From NCBI GenBank assembly GCA_037443265.1, contig JBBIOR010000004.1:25972-89971 (forward strand): a stretch of 64,000 bases of DNA. Reading direction: 5' to 3'. The notes under the pieces were generated by a model. The model had not been told where the DNA came from and made no database searches. It worked only from the letters and a program-made list of their open reading frames with translations. The DNA is from Candidatus Fraserbacteria bacterium. GTDB lineage: Bacteria; Bipolaricaulota; Bipolaricaulia; RBG-16-55-9. Position numbers and translations under genes: made by a program. Below, piece after piece: positions 56,329 to 64,000 of this stretch. Numbering within the stretch: the stretch's first letter is position 1; every line of letters starts with the position of its first letter.

Positions 56329-58104
56329 TTAGGCGCTCTTTACAGCCGCCTCTTCTTCGAGTTCGTTGAGGAGCATCTCGAACTGGGGCTCGAAGTGGTC
56401 ATTGGGGAGATATCTCATCTTCGAGAGCTTCTCCCAGCCCGGTAGTTTCAAGATCTCGCTGTAGGGCATCTTGCCCAGAAGCGACTGGCAGTGCGCGTAG
56501 AACGTCAAGATGGCCTTCATCATGTAGAACGCCTTCTTAGGCGGACAGTAAGCCTCGATCTCGTGGAAGGCGCTTTGTCTCAAAAAGTCATCGCGCACCG
56601 TGCGGGCCGTATCCAGCAGGAGCTTATCCGGATCGCTCAAGGATTCCTTCCCGACGAGCTGGACGATCTTGTTGAGCTCGTCTTCTCTTTGGAGGATCTC
56701 CATGAGCTGGGTGCGCATAGTTAAAAATTCCTCGCCCAGCGCGCGCGCGTACCAGTCGCGCAGGGCGTCGAGGTAGAGGGAGTAGCTGGTGAGCCAGTTG
56801 ATGGCCGGGAAATGCCGGCTGTAGGCCAATTTCGCGTCGAGAGCCCAGAAGGCCCCGGCGATTCGCAGAGAATTTTGCGTCACCGGCTCAGAGAAATCTC
56901 CACCGGGAGGGGAGACGGCTCCAATCACCGTTACGGAGCCTTCGCGTCCTTGCTGATCTGCTGGCTTCTTGCCCTCGGGAATGCCCCGTCCCCGGCAGAT
57001 CACCCGGCCGCTTCTCTCATAAAACTCGGCAATGCGGCTGGCGAGATACGGCGGGTAGCCCTCCTCGCCTGGCATCTCCTCTAATCTCCCGGAGATCTCG
57101 CGTAAGGCCTCGGCCCAGCGGGATGTGGAATCCGCAAAGAGCGCCACGTCATAGCCCATATCCCGATAATACTCGGCAAGGGTGATCCCGGTGTAAATCG
57201 ACGTCTCACGGGCGGCGACGGGCATATTGGAAGTATTGGCGATCAGGATCGTTCGGTTCATAAGAGGAGCGCCCGTGCGCGGGTCTTCCAAGTGCGGGAA
57301 TTCTGTGAGCACCTCGGTCATCTCGTTGCCGCGCTCGCCGCAGCCGATATAAATCACTATATCGGCATCGGACCATTTGGCCAAGGACTGCTGCATCACG
57401 GTCTTTCCGCTGCCGAAGGGCCCCGGAATGATGGCGTTGCCCCCCTTAGGCACAGGGAAGAAGACGTCGAAGATGCGCTGGCCACTGATGAGCGGCACGC
57501 TGGTGGGAATCTTCTTGGCCACCGGCCGCGGACGACGAATCGGCCAAGACTGCACCATCCGTAGCTCCGTGCCGTCTTTAAGAGAGGCCACGGGCTCTTC
57601 GATGGTGTACTCGCCCTCTTGGATCTGATCGATCGTGCCCGAGATGCCCTCGGGCACCATGATGTAGTGCTTAATCGTCGGGCTCTCCTGGACCCAGCCG
57701 ATGAAATCTCCCGAGGAGACTTCCGTACCGGACTTCACCAGCGGCACAAAGTGCCATCTTTTATCTTTGGGAAGGGGATCACCCGTGGCCCCTCTCGATA
57801 TGAAATTCCCCGTCTGAGCGCGGATGATCTCCAAGGGGCGCTGAATCCCGTCATAGACGCTCCCCAGAAGCCCCGGCCCCAGCTGGGCCAAAAATGGCTT
57901 CCCTTCACTCTTTACCGGCTCACCCACGGTAAGCCCATCGGTCTCCTCGTACACTTGAATGGAGATCTCTTCGCCTCGGACTTCGATGACCTCGCCGATG
58001 AGCCCCAGCTCACCGACTTGCACGAGATCTCGAATCTTGATGCCCTCCATGCCCTTAGCGCGCACCACGGGGCCGGAGATGCGCGCAATCCTTCCGACAA
58101 TCAT
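56329..58104 (-). CDS. atpA: A/V-type ATPase subunit A (catalytic)
   Basis: The 591-aa product has a P-loop (GPFGSGKTV) and a non-homologous insert region. Confidence 0.95.
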   Translation of the reverse strand: MIVGRIARISGPVVRAKGMEGIKIRDLVQVGELGLIGEVIEVRGEEISIQVYEETDGLTVGEPVKSEGKPFLAQLGPGLLGSVYDGIQRPLEIIRAQTGNFISRGATGDPLPKDKRWHFVPLVKSGTEVSSGDFIGWVQESPTIKHYIMVPEGISGTIDQIQEGEYTIEEPVASLKDGTELRMVQSWPIRRPRPVAKKIPTSVPLISGQRIFDVFFPVPKGGNAIIPGPFGSGKTVMQQSLAKWSDADIVIYIGCGERGNEMTEVLTEFPHLEDPRTGAPLMNRTILIANTSNMPVAARETSIYTGITLAEYYRDMGYDVALFADSTSRWAEALREISGRLEEMPGEEGYPPYLASRIAEFYERSGRVICRGRGIPEGKKPADQQGREGSVTVIGAVSPPGGDFSEPVTQNSLRIAGAFWALDAKLAYSRHFPAINWLTSYSLYLDALRDWYARALGEEFLTMRTQLMEILQREDELNKIVQLVGKESLSDPDKLLLDTARTVRDDFLRQSAFHEIEAYCPPKKAFYMMKAILTFYAHCQSLLGKMPYSEILKLPGWEKLSKMRYLPNDHFEPQFEMLLNELEEEAAVKSA

Positions 58105-58412
58105 GGACTCTCCCCCTCCACGTAGATCTTCTGGCCTAGAAAGCGCAAAGTCAGCTCATCGATGTACGCGTGTTCATGCTTGACTTCCTCCGCCGGGAAC
58201 GAGGCCACCATAGGCAGTTCCCGCCCCGCGAACGCCTGCTCAAAGCGCTCGATGAAGCGCTCATCTACGAGGACAAGGCCCGCATCGGACATATCCAAAA
58301 TCTCTTCGATGATCTTTGGGATATCGTCCTCCCGGGCCAGCTCGAAGACGGGGATGCCGGCGAGCCGAAAGCCATCGGCCAAGTCGCTGGTGGCCACAAT
58401 CACGGGTTTCAT
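58101..58412 (-). CDS. atpF: A/V-type ATPase subunit F
   Basis: The start at ATG 58410-58412 gives a ~103-aa protein (MKPVIVATSDLADGFRLAGIPV...). The track ORF is extended artefactually into atpC. Confidence 0.85.
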   Translation of the reverse strand: MKPVIVATSDLADGFRLAGIPVFELAREDDIPKIIEEILDMSDAGLVLVDERFIERFEQAFAGRELPMVASFPAEEVKHEHAYIDELTLRFLGQKIYVEGESP

Positions 58413-59491
58413 GCGGCGCTCCTCACCGTCCCGCGCTCGGGGAGCATCCCCTCGATCCAGATGAGTCTCTTCTCGACTTCCTCCCACGCGGCTTTTCGCC
58501 ACAGCCCGCTGGCGATCACCCGCAAATTCGTCACTTCCACGTTCTTACGCCAGATATACACCGAGGCCATATGGATATCAAAGAGCCGTCCGGGATCGAA
58601 TTGGCAGTTCTCTTGATAGAGCAGATTCTCTAAGCGTTCTTGAAAGTCATTGGCCGTGATCGTCTCTTCGATCTCTCCAAGTTTCTTCTGATAGTACGTG
58701 CCTGTAAGCCTTCTTACGAACGAGGGCTTGTCCGGGCTGTTGATGAGATCTCTCACGAAGGCCTCATCGAGGCGCTCGCCGCCCTTGAGAATATATCTAT
58801 ATTTCTCCTCGGATTCGACGCCCGCCTCTACGACCCTAAAGGCGTAGACGAGATTGAGAATATCCGTCTCGGTGCCGAGCGTCCGGCGGACGGCGGCTGC
58901 GTTGTCGTCCCCGATCGCTTGGAGGGTCTGCCGTGAGCCCTGAAAGTAAAAGGAGTCGATGGCGCTCTCAAGCACCGCCAGTCTCCCGCTGGCTTCATAT
59001 TCAGCAGAAGCAGCCGAGAGCGGCTTGTAGTAGCGATTTCCTACGCTCAAGAGATAATCGATCACAGCGCTGATCCCGTCGCGTTTGAGGAGCTCTTGAT
59101 AGAACGCCGTGGGATAAAGGATCGTCGGGAAGAGGCTCCCTTCCATCTCTTGAGGATCGGTGCCCACATGGAAGCCTCTCAGGATGGTCTTTAAATTGAA
59201 GACCTCGAAGCGCTCCAGAAGGACGCGCATGAGCACGCGCGCATCGTCGAAGGCCATGCGGAAGAGCTTGCTGAAGACCCGCTGGACGTGCTTTACTAGC
59301 GCGTTCTCCACCAGAGGGTAGCCCGAGTATTCCACGGAGCTCTTTTCAATTTCTGGGCCATAGTCTGTCTCGGCCAGAGCGTGGATCATCTCGTCGAGGT
59401 CGCGCATCTGCAGGAAGGACTGAAACTGCTCGGGTCTGAGCAACTTCACCTTCATGAAGCGCAGTCGGGTGTTTAAATACTCGTAGGACAT
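58409..59491 (-). CDS. atpC: A/V-type ATPase subunit C (d subunit)
   Basis: The start at ATG 59489-59491 (MSYEYLNTRL...) abuts the atpE stop. The product is ~360 aa. Confidence 0.85.
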   Translation of the reverse strand: MSYEYLNTRLRFMKVKLLRPEQFQSFLQMRDLDEMIHALAETDYGPEIEKSSVEYSGYPLVENALVKHVQRVFSKLFRMAFDDARVLMRVLLERFEVFNLKTILRGFHVGTDPQEMEGSLFPTILYPTAFYQELLKRDGISAVIDYLLSVGNRYYKPLSAASAEYEASGRLAVLESAIDSFYFQGSRQTLQAIGDDNAAAVRRTLGTETDILNLVYAFRVVEAGVESEEKYRYILKGGERLDEAFVRDLINSPDKPSFVRRLTGTYYQKKLGEIEETITANDFQERLENLLYQENCQFDPGRLFDIHMASVYIWRKNVEVTNLRVIASGLWRKAAWEEVEKRLIWIEGMLPERGTVRSAA

Positions 59492-59493
59492 AT

Positions 59494-60075
59494 TCAATCT
59501 GGCCTTGCGCGATTGAAGAGCGCCTTGCTGAGGGCGGGTCGATAGAGGAGTCTCAAGTTGGCGATTCTCGTCTCCAGGCGATTGTCCACGAGCAGATCGC
59601 CTCTTTGATTGGTGGCGATGAACCCACCGAGCGTCTTGATTTTTCCGCCGATGGCGTGAGGTGTGCCTCGAATCAGCTCTTTCAGGAGTGGTTCGTCTTG
59701 AGGGTCGATCTGGAGCACGAGTGGGCCGGGGATCTCGCGCTCGGCCTCTTTGAGGCAATGCGCCAGCAGCGCACGGTATTTCACGGGATCGGACCGCAGG
59801 CCAGCCATCTCTTTCGAGAGCTGCTCGAAGAGCTTCTCGGCTGCTTGACCCTTGGCGCGCAGCACCGTGGCTCGGGCTTGGGCGCGGGCTCGGCTGAGAA
59901 TCAATCTCTTCTCGCCCTCGATCTCGTGCTGAGCTTGCTTGAGGCGCTGCTCTTGCCAGGCTTGCAGATATTTTTCTGCTTCGGCCAGGCGGCGCCCGGC
60001 CTCCTCTTCTGCCTCAGCTAAGATCTTTTGGGCCTGCTTCTGGCCCTCCTCCTCGATCTTTTTGAGAAGTTCCAT
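59494..60075 (-). CDS. atpE: A/V-type ATPase subunit E (peripheral stalk)
   Basis: The 193-aa product has a coiled-coil N-terminus and a globular C-terminus. Confidence 0.88.
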   Translation of the reverse strand: MELLKKIEEEGQKQAQKILAEAEEEAGRRLAEAEKYLQAWQEQRLKQAQHEIEGEKRLILSRARAQARATVLRAKGQAAEKLFEQLSKEMAGLRSDPVKYRALLAHCLKEAEREIPGPLVLQIDPQDEPLLKELIRGTPHAIGGKIKTLGGFIATNQRGDLLVDNRLETRIANLRLLYRPALSKALFNRARPD

Positions 60076-60082
60076 CTCAGCG

Positions 60083-60403
60083 CTACCCTCGCAGGATGAA
60101 GGCCATCACGAAGCCCAAGATCACGAGCGTCTCGGGGAAGGCGATCAAGAAGATGCCAAACCCCAGCTGGCCCGGATCTTCGGCCACGGCGCCCAAGACG
60201 GCCGCAATGATGCGTGACTGGGCCATGCCCGTGCCGATGGCTCCGCCCAGAAACGCCAGGCCGGCGCCGATCGTCTTGATGCCGTTGTCGGTAAGACCTC
60301 CGGTGGCGGCAGCCTCCTGCGCCCAGCCATAGACGGCCAACCCCGCTAAAATGGCGTTGAAGATCACCATCGCCATGGCCATTCGCTTGACGATTCTGCT
60401 CAT
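60083..60403 (-). CDS. atpL: A/V-type ATPase proteolipid subunit K/L (single hairpin, 106 aa)
   Basis: It has two TM helices and the ion-binding Glu lies in AFPETLVILG. The size matches the Thermus 8-kDa proteolipid. Confidence 0.88.
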   Translation of the reverse strand: MSRIVKRMAMAMVIFNAILAGLAVYGWAQEAAATGGLTDNGIKTIGAGLAFLGGAIGTGMAQSRIIAAVLGAVAEDPGQLGFGIFLIAFPETLVILGFVMAFILRG

Positions 60404-60436
60404 CTAAAGTCCTCCTCCCCTCGCCCTAGGCGAGAT

Positions 60437-62410
60437 TCATGGCTCAGTTGAAAATTCCTTCTCCTTGAAGGGTTTATAAGGCTTGCCCCCCAGCTGCTCC
60501 AGAAGGAACTTCTGGAAGAACTCGACCCAATGGAGACGGGCCGATTGGATCGTCCCCTCGAAGACGTGGAGCACCAGATTGACCGTGTGGAGCACCAGCG
60601 CCACTAGGGCCCCCAAGATCGCTCCGAGAATGATATTGCCCATCGTGCTGAGCCCGCCTACGGCGCTGTTGAAGAGCGCCGCCAGCACCACGCTGGCCAC
60701 ACCGAAGCCCATGATCCGGGCATACGAGAGCACGTGGATGAACGGGCTGAGCGCCTCCACCACGACGATCACGCCTCCGCCGTACATCAAAAGCGGGAAG
60801 GCCATCCCGAGGATGATCACGCCCGGAAGATATGCGTCCGGCAGGATGCGCATGAGCGACCCGACGACCAGCGCGATGCCCAAGAGCGAGAAGACGAGCC
60901 CGATCTTGGCCAGCAAGTGCTTGGTGTCTTTGTGGCGGAGCGCGATCACGATCCCAAACAGAAAGCCCAGGAGCACCTGCACGGCTCCCAAGGCCACGGT
61001 GAAGAGCAATAGATCGATGGCGTGATGCAATCGGCTAAATGGCCACGTGAGCGGGCCGATAGGCACAGGATGAATGCCCAATTGCTCGAACTCCAGCCCA
61101 AAGAATTCTCCAAAGAGAAAGCCAAGCACCATCGAAAAGCCTCCGCCGTCGCGCAGGACGCGCAGGGCACTCCGTCCGCCCTCCGACTGCGCGAGCTTTT
61201 CTAATAGAGGGATCTTGAGGCCCGGAAAGCCCCGCAGTCCCCACAGCGCAAGAGCCAGAATGGTCAACCCGTAGCCGATGTCGCCTATGATGATCCCGAA
61301 GAAGATGGGAAAGAAGATGCTGATATAAGGGACAGGATCGACGCTGCCGTGCTTGGGCGTTCCGAAGGCGTCCATAAAGAGCTGATACGGCTTGACCCAG
61401 GGGCGATGCTTGAAGGCCACGGGGATCTCCTCGTAGCTGAATGTTGCGGGGTCTTCTTGAATAATAATGTCTGGGAATGCGCGCCTGAGCGTCTCGTGAA
61501 GATTATTCAGCTCATCGGCGGGCACCCAGCCGGAGATGAGCAGAGTATAGCGCGTGTAGCCGAAGCGCGCAGCGGCGTCCAGCTGGGCTAAGCGGTTCTC
61601 GAGCGCGGTGGTGAGCGCGATCATGCGACCGGCATGCTTGCTTGCCAGCCCGCGCAGCTCACTCTCCAGCTCTTGCAGCCGCCGCGGGATCGTCGTCTGC
61701 TCGGCGTGGAGCTGGCTGATCCCCTCCACAAACCCCGTCTCGATGTGCGGGGGCAGCGCTATTGGCCTTAAGCCTTTGGCTTCGATATACTCACGGACGG
61801 CCGGAGCATACTCGGGATCGACACTGACGAGCACTTCCACGCGATCTTCAGATAATTCCCGCGAGGCCAGTTGGAAGCGCCCCGGGATTTGGGCTTGAAG
61901 GGTCTTTTCTATTTCAGAGATCCCTGTGGGTTTGCGGGCCTCGCCGATCATGGCGATGATCTCATGCTCTGGGGCAGGCAAAGCTTTGAGGAGCTCTTGG
62001 CTCGTCTGGACGATCTCGCGGAAGCGCTCCCCGGCGTTCTGGCGATCGCGCAGCTCGCGCCGCTCCGAGACCAGAGCTCTCAAGCGCCCCTCAAGGGATT
62101 CCAGCTCCTCGCGAAACGCTTGCGTGAGCTCCTCCAGTCGAGGCGCATGTTTTAAAGCTTCCTCGGGCTTGACTCGTAGCAGCTTGGGATCGACCTCGGC
62201 AAAGAGCTCGAGGATGCCGCGGGCTTTGATGAGAAGATTCTCCACGCGGCGACGATCCTCGGCGAGCCGGCCCTCCGTAGCCCGCTCGCTGGGATCTTCC
62301 AGACGGGATTCTTCCAGATGGAGGAGGCCCAGCTTTTGCAGATGGGTGACGAGCTCCTCCTGACGATCCTGAGTGTAGAGCAGATACACCCGTTTCATCG
62401 CGCGAATCAT
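60437..62410 (-). CDS. atpI: A/V-type ATPase subunit I (a subunit)
   Basis: The 657-aa product has a cytoplasmic N-terminal domain and a C-terminal membrane domain. Confidence 0.9.
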   Translation of the reverse strand: MIRAMKRVYLLYTQDRQEELVTHLQKLGLLHLEESRLEDPSERATEGRLAEDRRRVENLLIKARGILELFAEVDPKLLRVKPEEALKHAPRLEELTQAFREELESLEGRLRALVSERRELRDRQNAGERFREIVQTSQELLKALPAPEHEIIAMIGEARKPTGISEIEKTLQAQIPGRFQLASRELSEDRVEVLVSVDPEYAPAVREYIEAKGLRPIALPPHIETGFVEGISQLHAEQTTIPRRLQELESELRGLASKHAGRMIALTTALENRLAQLDAAARFGYTRYTLLISGWVPADELNNLHETLRRAFPDIIIQEDPATFSYEEIPVAFKHRPWVKPYQLFMDAFGTPKHGSVDPVPYISIFFPIFFGIIIGDIGYGLTILALALWGLRGFPGLKIPLLEKLAQSEGGRSALRVLRDGGGFSMVLGFLFGEFFGLEFEQLGIHPVPIGPLTWPFSRLHHAIDLLLFTVALGAVQVLLGFLFGIVIALRHKDTKHLLAKIGLVFSLLGIALVVGSLMRILPDAYLPGVIILGMAFPLLMYGGGVIVVVEALSPFIHVLSYARIMGFGVASVVLAALFNSAVGGLSTMGNIILGAILGALVALVLHTVNLVLHVFEGTIQSARLHWVEFFQKFLLEQLGGKPYKPFKEKEFSTEP

Positions 62411-62784
62411 GGCGCTCGGCTCACCAGGAGTTCCTTCTCGAGTTTTTCGACGAGTGCTTGGAGGCGCTCGCTGGCCTTGTGCTCGAGCTCTTGGGCTTCG
62501 GCCTGGGCTTGTGCCAGGAGCCTTTGCGCTTCTGCTTCGGCTTCTTTGAGGGCCTGGGCTCGGAGATGCTCGATCTCCTCGCGGGTCCGGCGTTCGGCCT
62601 CTTGGCGCTTCTTCTGGATCTCTCGCTCGACTTCTTCTAAGCGCTTCTGGGCTTGGGCACGGGCTTCGTCTAAGAGCTTCGCGATCTCCTTCTCTTTCTC
62701 TCGGATGGCGACCAGCTCGCGGAATCGTTCCTCAGGGCTCCTTGGCGCTTGCTCTAGCTGTTCTGCCGGCTTGATCTTCGCCAT
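62407..62784 (-). CDS. atpG: A/V-type ATPase subunit G (coiled-coil peripheral stalk)
   Basis: It is Ala/Glu/Lys-rich and coiled coil. The start was chosen at ATG 62782-62784, which has SD GAGAGAGG. A GTG at 62829 would extend the protein by 15 aa. Confidence 0.75.
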   Translation of the reverse strand: MAKIKPAEQLEQAPRSPEERFRELVAIREKEKEIAKLLDEARAQAQKRLEEVEREIQKKRQEAERRTREEIEHLRAQALKEAEAEAQRLLAQAQAEAQELEHKASERLQALVEKLEKELLVSRAP

Positions 62785-62849
62785 GGGACCTCTCTCAAGT
62801 CTGTGAGTGTTGAGCGCCCCTTTGGGCACACGCGTCAGGGTGATGCTTC

Positions 62850-62878
62850 AATATAGCAAAGACCCCGCACTCTATCAA
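62850..62878 (-). promoter_or_regulatory. Promoter TTGATA-17-TATATT of the V-ATPase operon
   Basis: On the minus strand, TATATT is the reverse complement of 62850-62855 and TTGATA the reverse complement of 62873-62878. The leader to atpG is ~60 nt. Confidence 0.5.
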
Positions 62879-62955
62879 ATGTTATCCAACAGGAGCGGGG
62901 CCGACTCTAGCCGTGCTTGATGCCCCATGATAACGGCCGAACTGCTCCCGAACAA

Positions 62956-63023
62956 TGATCTAGATCATACTGGGACGGGCCTGGAGAACTGACATGTGTC
63001 AAGGAGATGGATGATCTGGATCA
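62956..63023. promoter_or_regulatory. Two copies of the 12-bp palindrome TGATCTAGATCA / TGATCTGGATCA, spaced 56 bp apart in a divergent intergenic region
   Basis: The first copy at 62956-62967 is perfect. The second at 63012-63023 has one mismatch and overlaps the -35 position relative to TACAAT (63052-63057) of the gene at 63083. Confidence 0.5.
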
Positions 63024-63082
63024 TAGCCCCTCCAAGACTTTTCTATTAGACTACAATCAGCAGCCGCAACGAGGAGAACAGG

Positions 63083-63490
63083 ATGGAGAACACAAAGATC
63101 TATGACATCGGCAACAGCGTGCTAATGGGCCTGGATGTCCTGGGCACAGTGCTAGAACTCAAAAGCGAGAATCCCGTGACGATCGGCGGCCGGGCTCACA
63201 AGCGCTATCGCGAGTATGTTCAGAGCCTGGTGCCCAAGGACTTTGAGCCGGACCTCCATCCGGATCTGCGCGTCAAAAAATACTTTCAAGCGCAGGGGCT
63301 GGAGGTGGCCGCGATCAACGTGTATGCCGGCTGGATTGCCACGTTCTTCTCGTGGATTCTTCTGCCGATCATCCAGCCGATCAATCTCTATAGGCTCCTG
63401 CGGGCCCGTTGGAGCCGGCGGGCCGAAAGCCGAAGGTCCTCAGAGGAAAAAGCCCCACGCGTTAAGACTCCCTTCTTGTTGGGCGACTGA
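63083..63490 (+). CDS. Hypothetical protein with C-terminal TM segment
   Basis: The 135-aa ORF has high GC3, SD GAGGAG 6 nt upstream, and a protein-like composition. Confidence 0.55.
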   Translation: MENTKIYDIGNSVLMGLDVLGTVLELKSENPVTIGGRAHKRYREYVQSLVPKDFEPDLHPDLRVKKYFQAQGLEVAAINVYAGWIATFFSWILLPIIQPINLYRLLRARWSRRAESRRSSEEKAPRVKTPFLLGD

Positions 63491-63498
63491 CCCCCCTC

Positions 63499-63527
63499 TT
63501 GGCAAAGTAAGTCTCTTGGTTTATACT
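63499..63527 (+). promoter_or_regulatory. Promoter TTGGCA-17-TATACT
   Basis: TTGGCA is at 63499-63504 and TATACT at 63522-63527. It lies downstream of the 63083 gene and upstream of the final partial gene. Confidence 0.45.
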
Positions 63528-63626
63528 AGCTCCCCAGGAGCGCGCGAGAACAGAGCGCTCCCTTGGAGGATCTCCTATGGGGAGATCATTGGGCTTGGGA
63601 TAGCGCTGGTCTTAGCCAGCGAGGTA

Positions 63627-64000
63627 TTGCGGCGCGTGTTGGGGCGCATCGCCAAGCGGACAGCCCCTTCTGTTCCGCTGAAGGCGCGGGCGAAGCGCTG
63701 GCTGGAGATCGGCTTTGCTACGCTCACCTTTCCCCTGGTATTGCTCATTTATGTCTCCGCGGCGATCTGGCTCTTGCCGTATGTGTTGCTCAGCAAGCCC
63801 TATCGCTTGCATCTTGCGGAAGCCCGAAAGCGCCGGCGGGAGGAGTGGCCCAGCCTGAGCCCCTTCTCGCGGCAGCTGGCCTCCCTCGACGTGACGGATT
63901 TTCTGACGCTGCCGTTTCGGCCCATCTTTGCCTTCCTCGATTGGCTGGAGCGACGACCGCAACGCTTAAATCTTTCAAAGGAACCCCCTAGCCAGACGGG
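63627..64000 (+). CDS. Hypothetical membrane protein; start uncertain and 3' end outside the window
   Basis: The reading frame containing 63579 runs GEIIGLGIALVLASEVLRRVLGRIAKR...LTFPLVLLIYVSAAIWLLPYVLLSKPY... and has GC3 of ~78%. The track ORF 63563-63991 in another frame has GC3 of ~55% and Ala/Gly-rich junk composition. The candidate starts TTG 63627 and GTG 63636 lie downstream of the predicted promoter. Confidence 0.4.
   Translation, partial: MRRVLGRIAKRTAPSVPLKARAKRWLEIGFATLTFPLVLLIYVSAAIWLLPYVLLSKPYRLHLAEARKRRREEWPSLSPFSRQLASLDVTDFLTLPFRPIFAFLDWLERRPQRLNLSKEPPSQT

Noticed and set aside
63563-63991. Track ORF MEDLLWGDHWAWDSAG... (142 aa) at the 3' end of the window
   Set aside because: GC3 is ~55% and the composition is Ala/Gly-rich junk. 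The overlapping frame containing 63579 has GC3 ~78% and reads as a plausible membrane protein, so that frame was annotated instead.

Overview
This is a high-GC (~60%) bacterial chromosomal segment that is densely coding. About 57 CDS fit, and there are no rRNA or tRNA genes, no CRISPR array and no recognisable mobile element. Most of the content is housekeeping. Start to end the window holds: a secreted PLD-family lipoprotein (partial, minus strand); sucD-ychF-tsaC-permease; rqcH overlapping a rhomboid protease; secG-oppD-oppF-rdgB; the hrcA-grpE-dnaK-dnaJ heat-shock operon with a CIRCE element; a SpoU methyltransferase; an outer-membrane gene pair, one of them an Omp85-type barrel fused to an HExxH peptidase and a TolB-like propeller; pgsA-like and RluA-family genes; nusA followed by an MMPL exporter rather than infB; rny-spoVS; a 1183-aa SurA/PpiD-TPR-DUF3105 membrane protein; yqeG; a CsoR-controlled copper cluster (copZ-copA-csoR, a second P1B ATPase and a CopC-like protein); resB-ccsA; cca with a SAM hydroxide adenosyltransferase; frr; a pst operon containing a PstC-PDZ-PDZ-PstA fusion; an AbrB-PhoU fusion regulator; a sulfate ABC transporter whose ATPase is fused to two Usp domains; and a complete A/V-type ATPase operon in the Thermus order atpGILECFABD. 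Taken together, the V-ATPase layout, SpoVS, RNase Y, CsoR, the SAM hydroxide adenosyltransferase and the short-leader promoters suggest a diderm Terrabacteria lineage such as Deinococcota, but this is inference only. I found no clear novel defence or mobile system. The notable features are several unusual domain fusions and some repeated operator-like palindromes. All calls rest on motif and family recognition by eye, because no database search could be run.
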